44,464 nucleotides of DNA from Anaerolineae bacterium (GCA_036985655.1 BTQB01000001.1:1-44464), one strand, 5' to 3'. Counted from the first letter of the stretch, positions 28,472 to 37,127 are shown. Notes: generated by a model not told the origin, from the sequence alone. Translations and numbers: made by a program.

Positions 28472-30175
28472 ATGACAGTTACCCTTAGTGAAATAAGGCC
28501 CGGCGCCTACTTTGATTCAGTCATATTGATGCAGCTACAACGCTCATTAGCCGAGTTAGACGGCATCTTAGATGCTGGTGTTGTTATGGCAACACCCGCT
28601 AATCTTGATCTGCTGGCTGCCAGTGATTTGCTGATCAAGTCAGATGCAGGTCCTGATGATCTGCTTATTGTCGTTAAAGGAGAGAACGAACAATTTGGAT
28701 CGGACGCCTTGAGTATGGTAGACAATTTACTAGCTGAACGGCGTCAATCAACAGGAACATCATTTTACCCGCGCAGTTTAGCGGCCGCAGCTAAACAGTT
28801 GGCCAGCGCCAGCCTAGTCTCCATTTCGGTCCCTGGTCGATTTGCAGCTGGAGTTGCCCGAGAAGTACTGGATCTGGGTAAGCATGTCTTCATCTACAGC
28901 GATAATGTTTCTCTTGAAGACGAGTTATCTCTTAAAAGGAGAGCGCTTGATCGTGGTCTTCTGGTAATGGGGCCTGATTGTGGAACGGCGATCATCGGCG
29001 GCATCGGCCTTGGTTTTGCTAACCGGGTGAGGAGGGGTTCGATTGGACTGGTTGGAGCATCTGGAACAGGTCTGCAATTTCTGACGTCCCAGATTCACCA
29101 ACGAGGGTCCGGCGTATCTCAAGCCATAGGCACCGGCGGCCGAGATTTAAAGAAAGAGATTAATGCCATTACCACACTGCAAAGCCTGGCGCTGTTGGAA
29201 AGAGACCAGGAAACTGCAGTAATCATCCTGGTTTCAAAGCCACCCGAACCTGAGGTCGCTGCCCGAGTATTAGAGTTCGCGCAGTTGATCGCCAAGCCAA
29301 TAGTAGTCAATTTCATTGGATTACCCATAGGCATGAAACGATATGACAACCTGCACTTTGCTAGTAACATGGTGGAAGCAGGAGCATTGGCTGTGAATCT
29401 GGATAAAACTCAGAAGAGTGATAATCCAACACCAATCCAAAATAGTTACACTGGATCAGGGAAATCCGGCCACCTTAGAGCCTTGTTTTCTGGGGGCACC
29501 TTGGCTTATGAAATGATTCTATCTATTCAATCGCTACTGTCACCACTCTATACCAATATTCCAATACGAGAATCACAAAGATTAACGGATGTTAATCGCA
29601 GCCAGGGACATACAATCTTGGACATGGGCGAAGATGAATTTACCCAAGGCCGTCTCCATCCAATGATGGATAACGATCTCCGTATCCGGCGAATGTTAAA
29701 GGAAGCGGGAGATCCAGAGGTTGCGATTATCCTGTTTGATGTTGTGCTCGGTGAAGGAGCGCACCCAGATCCTGCTTCTGAACTCGCTGGTGGTGTCAGG
29801 CGAGCAAGAGATATTGCGGAAAAGATGGGAAATTCAATTGCCTTTAAGGCACTGCTAGTTGGAACGGATGAGGATCCACAGGACATAGAATTACAGGAAT
29901 CAACACTTCGCAGTGCTGGGGTTGAAGTGTTTCATGAAACATCCGAACTTGTGGCTGGCTCATTAGCTTTATTGAATCAAGGCAAGCTGAAAAGCGAGAT
30001 GCCCGTGGATTCAACTATCTTTAATGAACCAATGGCTGTAATCAATGTTGGCCTTGAATTATTTTACAGCAGCTTAATCAGTCAGGGCGCCGAAGCAGTC
30101 CATGTGGATTGGCGACCGCCTGCAGGTGGCAACGAAAATTTAATGGCCCTTCTGGCAAGAATGAAATCGGCTTGA
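28472..30175 (+). CDS. FdrA-family protein (succinyl-CoA-synthetase-alpha-like; AllF-like)
   Basis: 567 aa. The central SCS-alpha-like block is MGPDCGTAIIGGIGLGFAN...GSIGLVGASGTGLQ....IGTGGRDL. Size and layout match E. coli FdrA. Confidence 0.75.
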   Translation: MTVTLSEIRPGAYFDSVILMQLQRSLAELDGILDAGVVMATPANLDLLAASDLLIKSDAGPDDLLIVVKGENEQFGSDALSMVDNLLAERRQSTGTSFYPRSLAAAAKQLASASLVSISVPGRFAAGVAREVLDLGKHVFIYSDNVSLEDELSLKRRALDRGLLVMGPDCGTAIIGGIGLGFANRVRRGSIGLVGASGTGLQFLTSQIHQRGSGVSQAIGTGGRDLKKEINAITTLQSLALLERDQETAVIILVSKPPEPEVAARVLEFAQLIAKPIVVNFIGLPIGMKRYDNLHFASNMVEAGALAVNLDKTQKSDNPTPIQNSYTGSGKSGHLRALFSGGTLAYEMILSIQSLLSPLYTNIPIRESQRLTDVNRSQGHTILDMGEDEFTQGRLHPMMDNDLRIRRMLKEAGDPEVAIILFDVVLGEGAHPDPASELAGGVRRARDIAEKMGNSIAFKALLVGTDEDPQDIELQESTLRSAGVEVFHETSELVAGSLALLNQGKLKSEMPVDSTIFNEPMAVINVGLELFYSSLISQGAEAVHVDWRPPAGGNENLMALLARMKSA

Positions 30176-30253
30176 TTCTGCGAAGCGGAGCTGATGTAAC
30201 ATCCGGAATACAGGCGATATTTTGAACGAAGAAAACATCGGAGGTAGAAGAGC

Positions 30254-31501
30254 ATGAACACAATCGACCAGGCAAATCAACAGGCTGTTGAACGGATGAT
30301 GTCTGCTCGACCCATGTTAACAGGACTCGAATTTGCCAGGGACGTTATACCTGGCATGAAGGAGAATCTACTGCTCCATGCCGGCCCGCCAATAGAATGG
30401 GGAAGGATGTCAGGCCCTTTAAGAGGCGCCGCCATAGGGGCATTAATTTTTGAAGGCCTGGCTCGGGATGAGGCATCGGCGGTCGGTATGATTGATGCGG
30501 GCGAAATCGATTTTGATCCTTGCCATCATCACGCAACAGTAGGACCAATGGCTGGCGTGACTTCAGCTTCGATGCAGGTCTATGTCTTGGAGAATATCAC
30601 CCATGGAAATAGGACATTTTCCAATTTAAACGAAGGTTATGGCAAGGTGCTTCGTTATGGCGCCTTCAGTGATGAAGTAATCGACAAACTTCGCTGGATG
30701 AACGACACTATGGCTCCCATATTGTCCGAAGCGATTGGTAAGAGTGATGGCATCGACATCAGGGCCATTCTTTCAGAGGCTCTGCATATGGGCGATGAAG
30801 GCCATAACCGTAATAAGGCAGGCTCCCTTCTTTTTCTTAAACATCTTTCACCACATATTGCCGGTGCAAAAAGGGATGATGAAGAGGCAGCAAAGGTGTT
30901 GGAATTTCTTGGAGACAACGCCTTGAGTGTGCTTAATCCTGTGATGGCGGCTTGTAAGGCGATGGCTGACAGCGCCCACGGCGTTGACAGAAGCACAATC
31001 GTAACGGCGATGGCGCGTAACGGCACAGACTTTGGAATTAGAATTAGCGGACTGGGTGAACGGTGGTTTACTGCTCCTGCTGAGATACCTGATGGTCTTT
31101 ATTTCCCGGGATTTTCCAGCGATGATGCTAATGCCGATATTGGAGATAGCACTATCACTGAGACAGCCGGTATAGGGGCCTTTGCCATGGCTGCCGCTCC
31201 AGCAATAGTTACTTTTATCAGCGGCAGCCCGCAAGACGCAATAAATGCGACCATGGAGATGTACGAAATCACAGTCGCCGAACATAGCCATTTCTCGATT
31301 CCCTCCCTAGATTTCCGAGGAACGCCGACTGGAATCGATATTCGCTCGGTTATTGAGCTTGGTATTACACCAAGAGTTAATACGGGAATAGCCCACAAGG
31401 ATGCTGGCGTCGGTCAGGTTGGAGCAGGCCTAGTTCGTCCACCAATGGCGATATTTGAAGAGGCTTTGCTGGCCTTTGCGGACCAGTACGGCCTGTCTTA
31501 G
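30254..31501 (+). CDS. DUF1116-family protein (YlbE/AllG-like)
   Basis: 415 aa, the same size class as YlbE. The N-terminal region N..A..RM....P.L.G...A.DVIPGM..N.LLHAGPPI.W..M.GP is as I remember for DUF1116. The position immediately after fdrA matches the conserved fdrA-ylbE pairing. Confidence 0.65.
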   Translation: MNTIDQANQQAVERMMSARPMLTGLEFARDVIPGMKENLLLHAGPPIEWGRMSGPLRGAAIGALIFEGLARDEASAVGMIDAGEIDFDPCHHHATVGPMAGVTSASMQVYVLENITHGNRTFSNLNEGYGKVLRYGAFSDEVIDKLRWMNDTMAPILSEAIGKSDGIDIRAILSEALHMGDEGHNRNKAGSLLFLKHLSPHIAGAKRDDEEAAKVLEFLGDNALSVLNPVMAACKAMADSAHGVDRSTIVTAMARNGTDFGIRISGLGERWFTAPAEIPDGLYFPGFSSDDANADIGDSTITETAGIGAFAMAAAPAIVTFISGSPQDAINATMEMYEITVAEHSHFSIPSLDFRGTPTGIDIRSVIELGITPRVNTGIAHKDAGVGQVGAGLVRPPMAIFEEALLAFADQYGLS

Positions 31502-31708
31502 AGAGCCCCGGGATGATCGGTTCCTGTTCATGCCCATCAAGCGATATTGAACAACAATATCCAGATATGGTGCTCAAGGCTGATAATTGCGATCAAAAGA
31601 ATTTTAGAAGATTTTTCTCAATTTTTCAGAGATCGATTCTGATATATTGATTTGATTAAATACATTGGGTCTAAGTCATATAAATTGAACCCAAAAGGAG
31701 ATATAAAC

Positions 31709-32491
31709 ATGAAGCTGTACGATCTATCACAACCATTAAACCAAGATGCGCCTTTCTGGCCATTTTATCCTCCCTTTGAGGTTAAATATATCAAGCGTAA
31801 ATCGGAACATGGTGTGAACGCCCAATACATAAAAAGTTCCAATCATATGGGTACCCATCTAGACGCTCCGCGCCACTTTGTGACAGGTGGTAAAACAATC
31901 GACCAGCTTCCTCTTGAGTGGCTTTACGGGGAAGGCGTCATTGTAGATCTAAGTGATGTTCTTGATGAACTCGATATCTTTACGCCGCAGATGATCGAAG
32001 ATAGGGTTGAGGTGCGAAATGGTGATATCCTCTTTATTCATACGGGATGGCACAAGCACGCGCAGTTTGGCTCAGAACCCGATGAAGAGAAATATATTCT
32101 TCGCCACCCAGGCCCACACTTCGATCTTGTTGATTGGCTGCTCGAGAAGAAGATCCATCTTTGGGCTGTCGACATGGTGTCTACTGATCATCCGATGAAT
32201 TTACCTATCGGCCGATTCTTGGGAAAAGGTGGATTAGAGCTGTGGAAGAAAGTTCGAAGCCAGTGTGAAGATAAGTATGGCGCTGAAAATATCGATGTGC
32301 TCTTCCCAGATATGGCCTATCAGTTAACCCACAATGCACTTTTTCCCCATGATTGTTTTCATGTAGAAAACCTAGGCGGTCAGATAGGCGCTCCAGAATT
32401 ACAGAATAAGCGCATTACTTTAGGATGTTTTCCCTGGCTGTTCAAGGGTGGTGAGGCTGCATTCTGTAGGGCTGTCGCCTTTGTCGAGTAA
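31709..32491 (+). CDS. cyclase-family metal-dependent hydrolase (kynurenine formamidase/isatin hydrolase-like)
   Basis: The track ORF starts at 31652. The ATG at 31709 has AAGGAG 8 nt upstream and gives MKLYDLSQPL..., the usual N-terminus. The signature HMGTHLDAPRHF (HxGTHxDxPxH) and VDMVSTDHP are present. Confidence 0.8.
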   Translation: MKLYDLSQPLNQDAPFWPFYPPFEVKYIKRKSEHGVNAQYIKSSNHMGTHLDAPRHFVTGGKTIDQLPLEWLYGEGVIVDLSDVLDELDIFTPQMIEDRVEVRNGDILFIHTGWHKHAQFGSEPDEEKYILRHPGPHFDLVDWLLEKKIHLWAVDMVSTDHPMNLPIGRFLGKGGLELWKKVRSQCEDKYGAENIDVLFPDMAYQLTHNALFPHDCFHVENLGGQIGAPELQNKRITLGCFPWLFKGGEAAFCRAVAFVE

Positions 32492-32643
32492 GTGTTCTGA
32501 TTAGACTGGGATCGGCTCTCACAGCTGGAACGTCTGGGTAGGTAAGTTCAGAAACAGCAACTTAGACATTTCAATATTACAATTTAAGGACATTGTTTAT
32601 TTCGGCCAGATATCTAAGAAAATCAGGATATCAGGAGTATTTT

Positions 32644-34986
32644 ATGTCAACCCAATTTTTCGGTGAACGAATCAAGCGCAACGAGGATCCCAGGCTTTTA
32701 ACTGGGCGGGCTCTATTCGTCGATGATGTTCACCTTCCAGATATGGCTCATGTTGCCTTTGTTCGCAGCCCTTATGCTCATGCACGGATCCTGGGAATTG
32801 ATGCCGATTCTGCAAAAGAGATGGACGGCGTAATCGATATCATCACTGCGAACGACCTTGGCGACTACTGGCAGCCCGGCCCGCTTTTAGTCTCTCCACC
32901 CCCGATAGAAAACCTGATCTTTAATGAGCGGACGCAGGTACCTCTTGCCAAAGATAAGGTGAGGTTTGTTGGCGAACCTGTGGTGATGATCATTGCCGAA
33001 AGCCGGTACCTGGCTGAGGATGCTGCGGAGATGGTTTGGGTTGATTATGAAGACCTCCAGGCCGTGGCCGACCTCGAGAGTGCTATCAATCCGGATGCAC
33101 CCCTAATTCACGAAGATCTGGAAAACAACGTAGCAGCCCATGTGGTACAAGAAAAAGGAAACTACGCAGCTATTAGGGGTCAGGCTGATATTCTCATCCA
33201 GCGACGGTTTGTTTATGATCGAGGAACGGCCGCTGCCATGGAGAATCGTGGAGTCGTAGCCCATTGGGATGATCGGGCGGCTAGATTAACGATATGGGAT
33301 ACGACCCAGGCGCCGATACCTATTCGAAATGGCCTGGCCCGTATATTAGGTTTACCTGAACATCAGGTCAGGGTCATAGCCCCATTTATTGGTGGTGGTT
33401 TTGGTCCCAAGATCATGATGCATTACCAGGAGGAAGTCCTGGTACCATGGGCGGCTATACGCCTAAACCGTCCCTTAAAGTGGATAGAAGATAGATCAGA
33501 GAATTTCGTGGCGACAACTCAGGAGCGGAGTCAAATTCACGATGCCGAAATAGCCTTGAGTCAAGACGGTAGGATCTTGGGTATCCATGATGTGTTTTTG
33601 CATGATACAGGCGCATATATTCCATATGGATTAACTGTACCCATAAACAGCCAATGCACGCTGCTTGGCCCGTACGATGTTCCCAATTATTACAGCGAAT
33701 TTAGGGCTGTATTTACTAATAAAACTATCGTCACTCCTTACAGGGGAGCAGGCCGGCAGCATGGTGTATTTGTAATGGAAAGGTTCCTGGATATCGCCGC
33801 TCAAGAGATTGGGCTCTCCCCTCACGAAATACGGAGACGAAATTATATCCCCAGGGAAAAGTTCCCATACAATAACGAGATCATTTTTCAGGATTTTCAA
33901 CCCCTAATCTACGACAGCGGGCATTACGAACCTGTACTCGATCAGGCAATGGAATTAATTGGATACCAAGAATTTCAGGAGAAAATCCAGCCTGAAGCTC
34001 GCGCTGAAGGCCGTCACCTGGGTATGGGTATCGTATCTTATGTTGAAGGCACAGGCATCGGGCCGTATGAGGGCGCTCGAGTCCAAATCGAGAGTAGCGG
34101 CAGGGCTACCGTCGTAACCGGGGTGGGCACTCAGGGACAAGGACATTACACAAGTTTCGCCCAGATTGTTGCCGACCAAATCGGAGTTGACGTTAAGAAT
34201 ATTGACGTGGTAACCGGCGACACCGATCAATTCCATTGGGGATCCGGAACTTTCGCAAGCCGTGGGGCGGTTGTCGCGGGTAATGCGGTTAACGAAGCAG
34301 CTAAAGTTGTTCGAATAAAAATTCTGAAACTGGCCGGAGAACTTCTTGAGGCGGCCGAGGACGATTTGGAGATTATCGATGGTGAGGTCAGGGTTAGAGG
34401 TGTACCTCAAAGATTCATTTCCCTGGCTAAACTTGCTCAGGAAGCCAATCCTCTGCGTGGGGCAGTCAAACCGGGGACCGAACCAGGGTTAGAGGCAACC
34501 AATTATTTTGGACCTGAAATGGGAGCCACAGCGAGCGGAACGCATGCGATGATAGTAGAAGTTGACATCGATACGATGGATGTCAAAATCTTAAATTATG
34601 TCGTTGTACACGACTGCGGCCGGGTGATAAACCCTCTCATACTTGATGGACAAATCCATGGTGGGGTTGCCCAGGGAATCGGCAACGCATTTTATGAACA
34701 GCTGGTTTATGATAAAAATGGCCAATTACTAAATGGCTCGTTTATGGATTTTTTACTGCCAACCTCTCTTGATGTGCCCAGGATTGTTGTGGGCCACCAG
34801 GAGACAATTTCACCCCTTAATCCACTAGGCATAAAAGGGGCAGGTGAAGCGGGCGCAATACCCACCGCAGCATTGTTTGCCCAGGCAGTTGAGAATGCAC
34901 TCGATATTCCAGGTTTTGAAATCCTGGAAATACCTCTTAATCCTAGTAAATTGTGGGAATTAGTTCAGGATCTCAAAGCAGATTAG
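32644..34986 (+). CDS. molybdopterin-binding large subunit of a xanthine-dehydrogenase-family hydroxylase (CoxL form-II-like)
   Basis: The track ORF starts at 32593. The ATG at 32644 (AGGAG upstream) gives MSTQFFGERIKRNEDPRLLTG, the canonical N-terminus. GGGFGPK, the active-site loop TPYRGAGRQ (form-II AYRGAGR type, not the VAYRCSFR of true CO dehydrogenases) and the catalytic-Glu context KGAGEAG are present. Confidence 0.85.
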   Translation: MSTQFFGERIKRNEDPRLLTGRALFVDDVHLPDMAHVAFVRSPYAHARILGIDADSAKEMDGVIDIITANDLGDYWQPGPLLVSPPPIENLIFNERTQVPLAKDKVRFVGEPVVMIIAESRYLAEDAAEMVWVDYEDLQAVADLESAINPDAPLIHEDLENNVAAHVVQEKGNYAAIRGQADILIQRRFVYDRGTAAAMENRGVVAHWDDRAARLTIWDTTQAPIPIRNGLARILGLPEHQVRVIAPFIGGGFGPKIMMHYQEEVLVPWAAIRLNRPLKWIEDRSENFVATTQERSQIHDAEIALSQDGRILGIHDVFLHDTGAYIPYGLTVPINSQCTLLGPYDVPNYYSEFRAVFTNKTIVTPYRGAGRQHGVFVMERFLDIAAQEIGLSPHEIRRRNYIPREKFPYNNEIIFQDFQPLIYDSGHYEPVLDQAMELIGYQEFQEKIQPEARAEGRHLGMGIVSYVEGTGIGPYEGARVQIESSGRATVVTGVGTQGQGHYTSFAQIVADQIGVDVKNIDVVTGDTDQFHWGSGTFASRGAVVAGNAVNEAAKVVRIKILKLAGELLEAAEDDLEIIDGEVRVRGVPQRFISLAKLAQEANPLRGAVKPGTEPGLEATNYFGPEMGATASGTHAMIVEVDIDTMDVKILNYVVVHDCGRVINPLILDGQIHGGVAQGIGNAFYEQLVYDKNGQLLNGSFMDFLLPTSLDVPRIVVGHQETISPLNPLGIKGAGEAGAIPTAALFAQAVENALDIPGFEILEIPLNPSKLWELVQDLKAD

Positions 34987-35033
34987 GCTTGTCATTCTGT
35001 TTTGCTCACTGATCTAAAGATCTTTACATAACG

Positions 35034-35081
35034 CTCTCTCTTTCCCTCTCTGTATTTTTCCTCTTTCTTTTTCCTCTGTTT
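35034..35081 (+). other. 48-nt polypyrimidine (CT) tract with only 3 purines
   Basis: The tract reads CTCTCTCTTTCCCTCTCTGTATTTTTCCTCTTTCTTTTTCCTCTGTTT and was read directly from the sequence, 48 nt after the Mo-subunit stop codon. Confidence 0.7.
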
Positions 35082-35111
35082 GGATGGCTCGATGTGACGA
35101 ATCCCGTACAG

Positions 35112-35245
35112 CTGGCGCCGACCAAGCGATGGCCCGGTAGACACCCCCGGTTTAGTTGATGAATGCCCGGGGAGTGGGAGGGAAAACTCTTTGACCTGAT
35201 TCACAAGGGTCATGTTTAAGAGAAACCGGGCGATCGCTGCGCCAG
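35112..35245 (+). ncRNA. candidate structured RNA/DNA element (three-way junction closed by a 19-bp helix); class unknown, strand uncertain
   Basis: Nested complementarity was read from the sequence. 35112-35118 pairs with 35239-35245, 35125-35130 with 35233-35238, and 35132-35137 with 35226-35231. The inner hairpins are 35145-35150/35167-35172 and 35187-35196/35208-35222. A purine-rich joiner AGTGGGAGGGAAAA sits at 35173-35186. Details are in the findings. Confidence 0.35.
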
Positions 35246-35360
35246 GGGGGAAACTAGAAAACACATTAATACGCAATCATAAAAATATCTTTAGCCTTAC
35301 CTGGTGATTGCATTAGGGAGATTGAGTCTCTTTGCAGCAATTTTCTAGGAGATAAATGAA

Positions 35361-36062
35361 TTGAATCAAAAAAAAGTACTCATAATCGATGATGAACCAA
35401 TGATGTGCCGCCTTATTGGCTCGATCTATAGCGATGAAGGAGCAATTATTTCCTCAGCCAATTCGGGTGAAGAGGGTCTGAACATGTTCCAGGAGGTTCA
35501 ACCCGATCTTATTATTCTGGATATCCTCATGCCCAGCCCCGATGGCTGGGAAGTTTGCCGCCAGATACGAAAGCAGTCCGATGTGCCAATTATTATGTTA
35601 ACTGTATTGAATCGATCTGAGGAAATTGTTCGGGCTCTGGATGCTGGAGCTGACGATTACATGGTAAAGCCTTTTGATCGTAAAGTTTTACTAGCCAGGT
35701 CGCGAGCGATCTTGAGGCGTTCAGAGATTGTTAATCCCTTAAATTTTAAGCCATCTTATGATGATGGATACCTGGCTATCGATGTTAAAGGTGAGCAGGT
35801 CACCGTTCGGGGAAATCCGGTCCGTTTGACTGCTACAGAGTTCGATGTTTTGGCCCATCTCTACCACCACGCTGGCAACGTCTGCACATTTTCACAGATC
35901 CTTAAGGGTATTTGGGGGGAGCAGTTTAAGTACAGGGCTGAGTATGTTCATGTCTATATATGGCGTTTGCGCCAAAAACTCGAAAGAAATCCTCGCAGCC
36001 CCACATATTTTATTTCAGAACACAGTCTTGGTTATCGTTTTAGAAACGGAACGATTAGATAA
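35361..36062 (+). CDS. OmpR/PhoB-family response regulator (no cognate kinase in the window)
   Basis: 233 aa. The receiver domain has DDEP, DLIILDILMP and KPF. The winged-helix output domain has LTATEFDVL...RLRQKLE. The start codon is TTG, with AGGAG upstream. Confidence 0.85.
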   Translation: MNQKKVLIIDDEPMMCRLIGSIYSDEGAIISSANSGEEGLNMFQEVQPDLIILDILMPSPDGWEVCRQIRKQSDVPIIMLTVLNRSEEIVRALDAGADDYMVKPFDRKVLLARSRAILRRSEIVNPLNFKPSYDDGYLAIDVKGEQVTVRGNPVRLTATEFDVLAHLYHHAGNVCTFSQILKGIWGEQFKYRAEYVHVYIWRLRQKLERNPRSPTYFISEHSLGYRFRNGTIR

Positions 36063-36094
36063 GAATTATCATTGTAGCAGCATCAAAAAATTAT

Positions 36095-36117
36095 GAGCCT
36101 CTAGGGGCTCTTTTTTT
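36095..36117 (+). terminator. Rho-independent terminator after the response-regulator gene
   Basis: GAGCC-TCTAGG-GGCTC hairpin (36095-36110) followed by TTTTTTT (36111-36117). Confidence 0.6.
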
Positions 36118-36339
36118 ATTCTTTTGGGCAAATCAAGCAAGTCGGTTATTCTTTACCATCTCGATGTTGAGCAAGGCTGAGTGCATATTCTGAGTCGTCC
36201 TTGACAAAGAAAAGCAAAAATAATGACAGCCCACATAAAGGATGACGCTGGTCGTTTTTTCATTGCTTAAGAATTAAACATTCAGCTAACCTGCTTCATT
36301 GGTAAAAACCTATAGTTAGTTTCTCCGGGAGTAAATTAC

Positions 36340-37098
36340 ATGGAATTCGACTCGAAAATTGTACTGGTTACCGGTGCTTCGCGAGGGATAGGCCGGGCAA
36401 CGGCCTTAAGATTCGCCGAGGAAGGAGCTAAAGTAGCAGTTCATTATCATAGAGACAAATCGGCCGCTAATATGACCTTGAATCTTCTAAAAGGGGAATC
36501 ACACCGTATATTTCAAGCTGACCTGGCAAATGCGTCCGAGACCGAGCACCTTATTAAAGATGTTGTAAATGGTATGGGCGGTCTGGATATCCTGGTGAAC
36601 AACGCTGGCATATCCGAAGACCACAAGCTGCTAGAAATCGATTACGACGAGTGGCGATCCGCATGGGAGAGGACGATAGCCGTGAATCTAATTGGTCCTG
36701 CCAATTTAACTTATTGGGCAGCAAAACACATGAGGAAAAGTGGTGGCGGCCGCATCGTTAATGTCTCGTCGCGGGGCGCCTTCCGAGGAGAACCTACAGC
36801 CCCGGCGTATGGTGCGAGCAAAGCTGGCCTTAATGCTATGAGCCAATCTTTGGCCAGGGCTCTCGCCCCCCATAACATTTTTATCTGTGTCGTAGCACCA
36901 GGTTGGGTAGAGACAGATATGGCCGCAGAATTATTAACCGGCAAATATGGGGATGATATACGGGGCCAGAGCCCGCTGAATCGAGTTGCCCGACCTGATG
37001 AAGTCGCCAAAACAGTCCTCTTCCTGGCCTCAGAGGGAACCGATTTTCTGACAGGCTGTATTGTGGATGTGAATGGCGCGTCATACCTGCGGAGTTAA
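36340..37098 (+). CDS. short-chain dehydrogenase/reductase (FabG-like)
   Basis: 252 aa with [14 protein letters not shown] and the catalytic YGASKAG. Confidence 0.85.
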   Translation: MEFDSKIVLVTGASRGIGRATALRFAEEGAKVAVHYHRDKSAANMTLNLLKGESHRIFQADLANASETEHLIKDVVNGMGGLDILVNNAGISEDHKLLEIDYDEWRSAWERTIAVNLIGPANLTYWAAKHMRKSGGGRIVNVSSRGAFRGEPTAPAYGASKAGLNAMSQSLARALAPHNIFICVVAPGWVETDMAAELLTGKYGDDIRGQSPLNRVARPDEVAKTVLFLASEGTDFLTGCIVDVNGASYLRS

Positions 37099-37127
37099 AG
37101 ATTGCGGATAGGAGCAAGTGATTTAGC

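Noticed and set aside
25714-34986. Annotating the three Mo-hydroxylase subunits as aerobic carbon-monoxide dehydrogenase (CoxMSL)
   Set aside because: The large subunit has the YRGAGR loop instead of the Cu-binding VAYRCSFR loop. No coxDEF-type maturation genes are present, and the neighbours are amide/ureide-processing enzymes.
35112-35245. Resemblance of the structured element to known RNAs: TPP (CTTTGACCTGAT), Mn2+ yybP-ykoY (GGGGAGTGG), ykkC (GCCCGGGGAG), and SRP RNA on the minus strand (CAGGTCA)
   Set aside because: Each is only a short local similarity. The defining motifs are missing: CTGAGA for TPP, the four-way junction and the second conserved half for yybP-ykoY, GGGA/ACGR for ykkC, and GGTCCGGAAGGAAGCAG for SRP. 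The genomic context also does not fit.
34992-35276. 94-aa minus-strand ORF covering the CT tract and the structured element
   Set aside because: Its Lys/Glu/Arg-rich C-terminus is simply the complement of the polypyrimidine tract. It has no family resemblance and is convergent with the Mo-subunit gene. The nested base-pairing explains the sequence better. It remains the main alternative hypothesis to the RNA element.
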